Of a stretch of 64,000 nucleotides of DNA, positions 30,590 to 38,406 are shown piece by piece. Each line of letters starts with the position of its first letter. The stretch's first letter is position 1. Both the position numbers and the translations under genes were made by a program. Below the pieces are notes generated by a model, which was not told the DNA's origin, ran no database searches, and was given only the letters and a program-made list of their open reading frames with translations. Source of the stretch: Bacteroidota bacterium (GTDB lineage: Bacteria > Bacteroidota > Bacteroidia > CAILMK01); NCBI GenBank assembly GCA_036846145.1, contig DAIUCM010000003.1, positions 7,022 through 71,021 of the forward strand, written 5' to 3'.

Positions 30590-31346
30590 ATGGAAAAAAT
30601 TTATGAAGGAAAAGTAGCCATTGTAACCGGTGGGTCTTTTGGTATTGGAAGGGCAACTGCTGTTGCATTTGCAAAGCGCGGTGCAAAGGTTGTAGTGGCC
30701 GATTATGTTGATGGCAGCGAAACCATGCAGCTATTAAGCGATATAAAAGCTGAAAGCATTTTTGTCCATTGTGATATATCGAAAGAAGGGGATGAAAAAA
30801 AATATGGTGTCACAGACTATTGAAAAATTTGGACGCTTAGATTTTGCTTTTAATAATGCAGGGGTTGAAGGTATTTCCGGCAGCACACACATATGCACTG
30901 AAGAAAACTGGGATCGTACAATGAATGTAAATCTGAAAGGCAACTGGCTCTGTATGAAGTATGAAATACCTGAAATATTAAAACAGGGAAAGGGCGCAAT
31001 TGTAAACAATGCTTCCATTGCAGGTTTAGTTGGTTTCCAGGGGGTACCGGCCTACGTGGCAAGTAAACATGGGTTGGTAGGCTTAACAAAAACTGCCGCA
31101 CTTGAATACGCAAAGCAAAATATCCGTATAAATGCCATTTGCCCAGGCGTAATAAAAACCCCAATGATAGACCGGGCCACAGGGAAAGTTAAAGAAGTGG
31201 AGAAAGCCTTTGAGAATATGGAACCTATTGGCAGAATGGGGCAACCGGAAGAAGTTGCAGAGCTTGCAATATTTTTATGTTCTGATGCTTCATCTTTTAT
31301 TACAGGCGGAGCCATACCAGTGGATGGCGGCTGGGTTGCGCAATAA
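30590..31346 (+). pseudogene. Classical SDR oxidoreductase, frameshifted at an A8 run (30795-30802)
   Basis: TGGSFGIG in ORF 30590-30823; NNAG, YVASK, NAICPG, PVDGG in ORF 30762-31346; removing one A fuses them. Confidence 0.85.
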
Positions 31347-31351
31347 AAGCA

Positions 31352-31385
31352 TAATCACAATCATGATTTTGTATGATCCGCATCA
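31352..31385. promoter_or_regulatory. FNR/CRP-like box plus a degenerate partner 22 bp upstream
   Basis: TGATCCGCATCA 31374-31385; TAATCACAATCA 31352-31363. Confidence 0.5.
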
Positions 31386-31482
31386 TAGTTTAAAGTTTAT
31401 AATTTAATGACATTTGAGATAACAGTACGGTGATCAATATCTGTATATCTTTCAAATTCAAAAACATATAAATTTTAAACAA

Positions 31483-32589
31483 ATGAAAAAGAATGGCAGA
31501 GTTACAAATTTCTGTAACGCGTGGTTTGGCAAGGCATTACTTATCATAATCCTTGCAGGTTTTACATGGGCCTGTCAAAAAGATGCTCCAGCCGATGATC
31601 CTAAGACAACAGCACTTAAAAAAGTAGTTTATGTTGCTGATGAAGATGACGGTACAATCACGGTTATCAACGCTGAAAGTAAAGCCAAGATAAAAATAAT
31701 TGATTTGTCTTATAATGGTGAAATGTACATGCCTCATAATGTACAGGTGGCGCCGAATGGCAAAACGGTTTGGGTTACCTGCGTACCAATGCAGGAAGGC
31801 TCAGATGAATTTGTAGCAGTAATTGATGCGGTTCAAAACACTGTTATAAAGCATATTAATGTTGGAAAAGAGCAGCATATTGCGCATGTTGTATTAGATG
31901 ATGAGTCGAAATTCGCTTATGTAACCGGAAATGAAAGTAACCAGGTTATTAAACTTGACGCGGATTCGCTGAAAGAAGTAAGGCGCTTTGAAATTGGTGA
32001 CAACCATAAACCGCACGGTATGCGCTACTATAACCATCAACTATTTATTGCGAATATGGATGGCAAAAGCATGAGCATACTGGATATTAACACAGGACAA
32101 ATAAATGAGATACAATTAGGTGGAGTTGCAGTACAAACTGCCATAACACCCAATGGCGCTTATGCTTTCGCATCTTTATATGATACACGGGAAGTTGCAG
32201 TGTATAACATCCAAACCCAAAACCTCACTAAAGTAAAACTGCCAGAAGGGTCACAAGGGCCAATTCAATTATATCCTACTCCTGACAATAAAATGGTTTA
32301 TGTGTGCGACCAGGGTGTGCTTGAAAATCGTTCGGCATCCAACAAAGTTTATGTGCTTGATATTGAAATGGGCATGATAGATAAAACAATTACGGTTGGT
32401 AACGGCGCGCATGGCATTGTGATCTGCAACCAGGGCACACAAGCCTATGTAACTAACAGTAAGGATAATACAATCTCAATTATTGACCTACAGACAAATT
32501 CTGTTACACAAACTTTGCCCGTGGGTAAAGCGCCAAATGGTATCAGCTTCTGGTTTTCTTCAAACGGAAATATTGGCGGCATGAAGTAA
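31483..32589 (+). CDS. YncE/YVTN-type beta-propeller lipoprotein
   Basis: Lipobox TWAC; seven blades with YV.N/D...TI..ID and VG..P.G motifs. Confidence 0.85.
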   Translation: MKKNGRVTNFCNAWFGKALLIIILAGFTWACQKDAPADDPKTTALKKVVYVADEDDGTITVINAESKAKIKIIDLSYNGEMYMPHNVQVAPNGKTVWVTCVPMQEGSDEFVAVIDAVQNTVIKHINVGKEQHIAHVVLDDESKFAYVTGNESNQVIKLDADSLKEVRRFEIGDNHKPHGMRYYNHQLFIANMDGKSMSILDINTGQINEIQLGGVAVQTAITPNGAYAFASLYDTREVAVYNIQTQNLTKVKLPEGSQGPIQLYPTPDNKMVYVCDQGVLENRSASNKVYVLDIEMGMIDKTITVGNGAHGIVICNQGTQAYVTNSKDNTISIIDLQTNSVTQTLPVGKAPNGISFWFSSNGNIGGMK

Positions 32590-32610
32590 TTTCCGGCTTA
32601 TGTATATATG

Positions 32611-32633
32611 GGGCAGCTTCGGCTGCCCTTTTT
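32611..32633 (+). terminator. Rho-independent terminator
   Basis: GGGCAGC-TTCG-GCTGCCC followed by a T-tract. Confidence 0.9.
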
Positions 32634-32676
32634 GTTTTTTTTAACTGTAAAAATCATTATAAACTATTGGTAATAA

Positions 32677-32719
32677 TGATTTTAATCAGGCAGCTATTTT
32701 TATTTTCAGAATACTTTTG
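32677..32719 (+). promoter_or_regulatory. FNR/CRP-like box and Bacteroidota -7 promoter element
   Basis: TGATTTTAATCA 32677-32688; TACTTTTG 32712-32719. Confidence 0.6.
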
Positions 32720-32729
32720 AAGAAAAAAC

Positions 32730-33158
32730 ATGAAGTGGTATTTTTTATTGGCATTCATTATAATGCAATACCAAAAACCTGCCGACAAAATACTTGGCAG
32801 ATGGTATACTGCTAATAATGAAGCGGTGGTTGAAGTTTACTTTTCCGGGAATGGCTACAATGCAAAAATTATCAGTTTGAAAAAGCCGAATGATGCAAAT
32901 GGCAAACCAAGGAAAGACTCAAAAAACCCTGACAAAAATTTACGGAGCCGAAATCTTACAGGTGTATTGGTGTTTTCTAATTTGAAATATAGCACAAAAA
33001 ACAACCGTTGGGAAGGCGGAAGAGTATATAACCCGGAAATGGGGCACGAAGCCGATTGTATTGTGTACCTGATTGATGAAAACACATTAAAAGTGAAAGG
33101 TTACATAGGCGCTGAATTTATAGGCAAATCCGAAACCTGGAAAAGGAAAAATAACTAA
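32730..33158 (+). CDS. DUF2147 domain protein
   Basis: G.W......A.V; D.KNPD..LR.R.L.G; W.GG..Y.P..G; L.V.GYIG....G.S.TW. Confidence 0.88.
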   Translation: MKWYFLLAFIIMQYQKPADKILGRWYTANNEAVVEVYFSGNGYNAKIISLKKPNDANGKPRKDSKNPDKNLRSRNLTGVLVFSNLKYSTKNNRWEGGRVYNPEMGHEADCIVYLIDENTLKVKGYIGAEFIGKSETWKRKNN

Positions 33159-33180
33159 GCATTTTTTTCAACATAGATAT

Positions 33181-34524
33181 ATGAACCTGTTAAACATTAT
33201 AAAAATTTTCATTGAGCGCGGCAGGCTTAGTGGTTCGGAGAAAAAAACCTACGGACAAATACTTGCAGGCCAGCAAAAAGCATTTTCTGAGCTAAGGGCA
33301 TATGCGTACGCCAATTCTGAATTTTATAAGAAATTCCACAAAGGCTTATTTGATAAACCGCTGAATGAATTACCTGTGCTGACCAAGAAAATGCTGATGG
33401 AAAACTTCGATAGGATAGTTACAGATAAGTCGGTAAAGGTAAGGGAACTGGAAGAGTTTGTTAAAAACATGTCGCTGAATGATAAATATAAAAACAAGTA
33501 TATTGTAAATGCAACAGGCGGCACCACAGGTTTGAGAGGTTTATTTATATACGATAAAAATGAGTGGGTAAAAATAATAGCGTCTTATTCCAGGGCAAAT
33601 GACTGGGGCGGCATGAAAGTTAACATTTTTACCCGGCTGAAAATAGCTGTTGTTAGCTCAAAAGTACCATGGCATCAGTCTTCGCAAGTTGGAAATACTT
33701 TGAAGTCGCCATTTATAAAAACACTAAGAATAGATTCAACCGAAACAATTCCCGAAATTGTATGGAAGCTGAATAAATTCAGGCCAAAAATATTGGTTGG
33801 TTATCCTTCTATGGCATTCGCACTGGCGAAAGAACAACTGGCAGGAAGGTTGAAAATAAATCCGCAGATTAGTTTCTGCGCCGCTGAAATCCTTACGCCA
33901 AATATAAAAAACACTGTAGAGCAAGCTTGGCAAATAACGCCATTCAACGTATATGCGGCAACGGAAACCGCTGGTATAGCATCGGAGTGTACCATGCACA
34001 ATGGTATGCACTTGTATGAAGACCTGGTGATTATAGAGAATGTTGATGATAATTATAAACCTGTAGCGCCAGGAAACTTCGGCACAAGGTTACTCGCAAC
34101 AGTACTTTTTTCAAGGACAATTCCCTTGATAAGATATGAAATTACCGACAGTGTAAAAATAGCGGAAAAAACATGCAGTTGCGGGCTTCCATTTAAGCTT
34201 ATTGATGAAATACAGGGCCGTACCGAAGATACTATTACTCTTGAAGAAAATGGCAGCAAAATAAGCGTTCACCCAAATGTTTTTCATAAAGTTCTGGAAG
34301 ATACTGTAGCCATGGAATGGCAAGTAATTCAAACCGGTAATAATGCCATTGAACTCAGGTTCCAGGACAAAATAAGCAAAACAAAAAAAGAGGAAATCCT
34401 CCAAAAGCTTTATGCTGCGTTGGATTCATTCCGGGCCAAACCAATGCTCACATTACAAGACAATACTGAATTTATGAGAACTGCAATAGGCAAAAAAATA
34501 CTTATCAAAGCGCTAAAAAGATGA
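33181..34524 (+). CDS. Phenylacetate-CoA ligase / CapK / F390-like adenylate-forming enzyme
   Basis: LP.LTK..LM..FD, TGGTTG loop, GYPS, YAATE, PLIRYE.TD, GR..D. Confidence 0.8.
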   Translation: MNLLNIIKIFIERGRLSGSEKKTYGQILAGQQKAFSELRAYAYANSEFYKKFHKGLFDKPLNELPVLTKKMLMENFDRIVTDKSVKVRELEEFVKNMSLNDKYKNKYIVNATGGTTGLRGLFIYDKNEWVKIIASYSRANDWGGMKVNIFTRLKIAVVSSKVPWHQSSQVGNTLKSPFIKTLRIDSTETIPEIVWKLNKFRPKILVGYPSMAFALAKEQLAGRLKINPQISFCAAEILTPNIKNTVEQAWQITPFNVYAATETAGIASECTMHNGMHLYEDLVIIENVDDNYKPVAPGNFGTRLLATVLFSRTIPLIRYEITDSVKIAEKTCSCGLPFKLIDEIQGRTEDTITLEENGSKISVHPNVFHKVLEDTVAMEWQVIQTGNNAIELRFQDKISKTKKEEILQKLYAALDSFRAKPMLTLQDNTEFMRTAIGKKILIKALKR

Positions 34525-36011
34525 TAGATAAACATAGCGGCAATATTTTAAAAGTAAAATCTCTTGGAATAGATTCTTATCGCGAGAACATTATTTTCAT
34601 GCGGGCTGATTGCCATATTTGCACTTCAGAAGGTTTTAAAGCACTAACCAGGGTTGTTGTAAAATCTGCCAGCAACAGTATAATAGCTACTTTAAATGTA
34701 GTGTATTCCGATATTCTTGCAGAAAATGAAGCAGGACTTTCACTGGAAGCGCTAAAACGTTTAGGGGTGAATGATGGCGATGAAATAGAAATCACGCATT
34801 TAAATCCTGTAAAATCTTTCCAGTACGTTCGCGGAAGGATGTTTGGCAAAGCATTTTCCGAGCAGCAGTTATATGACATTATACATGATATAGTGAATGG
34901 CCGATATTCCAATATTGAACTGGCAGCTTTTATCACAGTATGTTCAAACGGAAACCTTTCGGTAAATGAAATTATATATTTAACCAAAGCCATGCTCTCC
35001 GCCGGTCGCCGATTGAAATGGAACGCGCCGTTTGTGCTTGATAAACATTCCATTGGCGGCTTGCCGGGAAACCGAACCACACCCATTGTAGTCAGCATTA
35101 TTGCCGCAGCCGGTTATCTTATTCCAAAAACATCTTCCAGGGCCATAACTTCACCTGCCGGTACTGCTGATACCGTAGAAGTAATCACGAATGTTACTAT
35201 GGATTTAGAGCAGATCGAGCACACGGTGCTGCTGGAAAACGGCTGCCTTGCCTGGGGCGGCGCCATAAAATTAAGTCCTGCCGATGATATAATTATCTCT
35301 GTAGAAAAAGCGCTGGATATTGACAGTGAAGGGCAAATGGTTGCCTCGGTTTTATCCAAAAAGGCCGCCGCCGGTTCCACGCATGTAGTTATTGATATTC
35401 CCATTGGTGAAACAGCAAAAGCCAGGACGCAACCCGATGCAGAAAGGCTCGCCGCTTTATTTGAAAAAGTAGGCAAAGAAATAGGTTTACATGTAAAAGT
35501 TGTATTTACAAATGGAACACAGCCGGTTGGGATTGGAATTGGCCCTGTGTTAGAAGCGATGGATGTACTTTCGGTTTTACAGAATTCAGCAAATGCGCCG
35601 CAAGATCTGAAAATTAAATCTGTTAAGCTCGCACAGGATTTATTGGATCTGGTAGGATCAGATAAAAGAGCGCTTGAAATACTTGAAAATGGCGAGGCTT
35701 ACAAAAAATTCAAAGCCATTTGTTTAGCGCAAGGCGAATGGAAAATACCTCAATTTGCCAAATATTCCAAAGAAATTAAAGCCACGAAGAGTGGACATGT
35801 AAAAAGTGTAAATAACCGGCAAATTGCCAAGCTTGCTAAACTTGCAGGTGCGCCGGTTTCCCCGGCAGCAGGAATACAATATTTTTCGTCAATAGGTAAA
35901 AAAATAAACAAAGGCGATACGCTCTTTACTATCTGGGCGGAAATACCCGGAGAATTAGCTTATGCGCTGGATTATCTTACTTCTGTACCTGATATTATTA
36001 AAATTAATTAG
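34521..36011 (+). CDS. Archaeal-type thymidine/AMP phosphorylase family protein with N-terminal extension
   Basis: N-terminal GIDSYRENIIFMR.DC..C domain; DKHSIGGLPGNRTT, KTSSRAITSPAGTAD, SVLSKK.AAG. Confidence 0.88.
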   Translation: MIDKHSGNILKVKSLGIDSYRENIIFMRADCHICTSEGFKALTRVVVKSASNSIIATLNVVYSDILAENEAGLSLEALKRLGVNDGDEIEITHLNPVKSFQYVRGRMFGKAFSEQQLYDIIHDIVNGRYSNIELAAFITVCSNGNLSVNEIIYLTKAMLSAGRRLKWNAPFVLDKHSIGGLPGNRTTPIVVSIIAAAGYLIPKTSSRAITSPAGTADTVEVITNVTMDLEQIEHTVLLENGCLAWGGAIKLSPADDIIISVEKALDIDSEGQMVASVLSKKAAAGSTHVVIDIPIGETAKARTQPDAERLAALFEKVGKEIGLHVKVVFTNGTQPVGIGIGPVLEAMDVLSVLQNSANAPQDLKIKSVKLAQDLLDLVGSDKRALEILENGEAYKKFKAICLAQGEWKIPQFAKYSKEIKATKSGHVKSVNNRQIAKLAKLAGAPVSPAAGIQYFSSIGKKINKGDTLFTIWAEIPGELAYALDYLTSVPDIIKIN

Positions 36012-36884
36012 ATGAAAACAATAATTTTTGGTATGCCGGGCAACGAAACCATGGCACAAAAAATAGCAGCGAATATAAATGCCGAATTAGCTGAGTTTAC
36101 TTTAAGGCGATTTCCCGATGGAGAAACTTATTTGCGTATTACATCCGATTTATTAGGTAAAAATTGTGTTTTTGTATGCAGTTTAAACCAGCCCGATGAC
36201 AAAATTTTAGCGCTTTATTATTTATCGAAACTATGCCGCGAACTTGGAGCAGATAAGGTCACACTCATATCGCCATATTTATCTTATATGCGCCAGGATA
36301 CTCGTTTTCATGAAGGTGAAGCCATCACATCAGAATATTTTGCGCAGTTGCTTTCAAAATGGTTTGATGAATTAATAACTGTTGATCCGCATTTGCACCG
36401 AAAGCACAATATGAGTGAATTATATTCAATACCTTGTAAGGTTTTACACTCGCCGCCTGTTATAGCTGATTGGATAAAAAATAATATTAAAAATCCTTTG
36501 CTGATTGGCCCGGATAGCGAAAGTGAACAATGGGTATCGGATACGGCAAGGTATATTGATGCTCCATATATCATACTTGAAAAAAATAGGTTGGGTGATA
36601 AATCTGTAGAAATATCTGTGCCGAATGTATCGAAGTTTGTGGGCCGAACGCCTGTGCTGGTGGATGATATTATTTCCACTGCCAGGACAATGATAGAAAC
36701 GGTTTACCATTTAATCAAAGCACAGATGCAGCCGCCGGTAATAATTGGCGTTCATGCAGTTTTTTCCGGCGATGCGTTTCAAAATTTGAAGGATTCAGGA
36801 GTTTCTGAAATTATAACCTGCAATACAATTCCCCACATCACAAATCGAATTGATTTCAGCAAAGAAATTAGTAAGAATTTATAA
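36012..36884 (+). CDS. Ribose-phosphate pyrophosphokinase (Prs) homologue
   Basis: FPDGETY, PYLSYMRQD, VDPH, PD, K.R, VDDIISTARTM, H.VFSG. Confidence 0.85.
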   Translation: MKTIIFGMPGNETMAQKIAANINAELAEFTLRRFPDGETYLRITSDLLGKNCVFVCSLNQPDDKILALYYLSKLCRELGADKVTLISPYLSYMRQDTRFHEGEAITSEYFAQLLSKWFDELITVDPHLHRKHNMSELYSIPCKVLHSPPVIADWIKNNIKNPLLIGPDSESEQWVSDTARYIDAPYIILEKNRLGDKSVEISVPNVSKFVGRTPVLVDDIISTARTMIETVYHLIKAQMQPPVIIGVHAVFSGDAFQNLKDSGVSEIITCNTIPHITNRIDFSKEISKNL

Positions 36885-37499
36885 TTTGGCAAGCCTGTGG
36901 TTCTGTCAGAAAATATCTTTTACTTCTTGATACCAGGTTTTGAAATGTATGCTATACTTATGCAGCTATCATTATATTTATAAACCTACAGAACCAGTAT
37001 TGCGTAAAAAATTTAATATATTTTTAAAATAATTTTAATGTTTTTTGACTTACTACTAATGAAATGGCTTAAAACGGTAATTATAACAGAACTTGTATAC
37101 ACACCCTGTAATAATTTTATCCTTGTATCATCATTAAAAACAGGGTTAAAGGCAGAACTTATCAAATGAATGCTTGTCGTTTGTTAACGCTGATTATAAG
37201 ATATAAAATTTTTGGTAGGTGACACAGGGATTTATAAACAGAATAATAAGCCTGAAATATTTTGAAAAATGAGTGGGAACGATGGAGCATAATATCCAAT
37301 AAAATTCAACTGTGAACCAAGTATTAATACTGCAACATCAGACATTCAAACTACTGATTTTGAGTGAAGATAAATTATTAAAAATAAAATTTTATTTAAA
37401 AATATTTTATGGATGAAAAGCAAAATGCCAATCTTAGATAGTAAAATTGGCATTTCGTTAACCATATTAATTATTAATAATTTTGAGATGACATTTACA

Positions 37500-38039
37500 T
37501 TATAAGGCTCCCCATTTTCTAATGGCATCCTTTTTTGCTGATAATTTACCTCTAAATACATAAGACGGGTTGAGAAATATTTCACCATTCTTGTTTTTCA
37601 GAATATTATGTTGTCCCAAATATAGAAGCGTGTTACTGAATGAATTAATGGGTATGTTCAAGGTTTTTGCGGCATCTATTCGAGCCTGGGTAGTTAAATG
37701 GAAAATATTGGTGTCAATTTCGGCCAATATAGCTAAATAAATAAAAACCCTCAATCCGTTCGCCGATGTTAATTCCATCAACTTACTTGCACCGTCAATA
37801 CATATCATAGCAAAATGATCCGTATCTACAGGTATGCCGTATTTTTTGCTTTCTATGACCGGCTCATCTATACCATTATTTCGGAGTGTAACATTTTCAA
37901 GTATTTTTTTTCTTGTTCTTCCTCCACGGTCTAAACGGTTAATTTTTTCTTTTAGAACATTTGTTCCTGGTTCGTCATCATGAATTGGCTTACTAAGCAA
38001 GCCGTCAAAATTACAATTGGGTGATGTGTTGCTTTCCAA
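37500..38039 (-). CDS. RepL-like replication/maintenance wHTH protein (start uncertain)
   Basis: LRVFIYL...wHTH...G..FLNPSYVFRG C-terminal motif typical of RepL; only a TTG start in frame. Confidence 0.6.
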   Translation of the reverse strand: MESNTSPNCNFDGLLSKPIHDDEPGTNVLKEKINRLDRGGRTRKKILENVTLRNNGIDEPVIESKKYGIPVDTDHFAMICIDGASKLMELTSANGLRVFIYLAILAEIDTNIFHLTTQARIDAAKTLNIPINSFSNTLLYLGQHNILKNKNGEIFLNPSYVFRGKLSAKKDAIRKWGAL

Positions 38040-38406
38040 GTGTTTCTCATTGTTTTAAACTTAAATTATTAGTATGGATATACTGTACGACGCACAGTAT
38101 TTTTTAAATCCATGAAAAATATATCGAAAAAAAACTAAAATTCCAAATTCATCTAATGAATAAGGCCGAAGAAACTCTAACTACACTATAAGGAAAAAAA
38201 ATGATATACACATGAATATCAATGCTTTAACATTGTGCAGATATTATGTCTGATAATTTTAAAATTATCAATAACCATAATAATATTATTATTGAGGCAT
38301 ATTCGCCAGTATAAACCGATGTTAAAGCTAATATTTTGGACTGCTTCATCTGTTACAACCACATTCTACAACAGGTTTTTATTATCTTGCGGCAAAATAA
38401 TTCGAT

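Noticed and set aside
30794-30803. Programmed -1 ribosomal frameshift at A_AAA_AAA in the SDR gene
   Set aside because: Restoring the protein needs a +1 shift, not -1
34521-36884. Complete archaeal pentose-bisphosphate (Rubisco) pathway
   Set aside because: No R15P isomerase or Rubisco gene in the window
37346-37588. 80-aa plus-strand ORF
   Set aside because: Low-complexity AT-rich translation overlapping the RepL-like gene antisense
38080-38100. ATACTGT-N7-ACAGTAT as an SOS/LexA box
   Set aside because: The proteobacterial box needs CTGT-N8-ACAG; the spacing is 7 and the host is Bacteroidota. It may still be an operator or origin element for RepL
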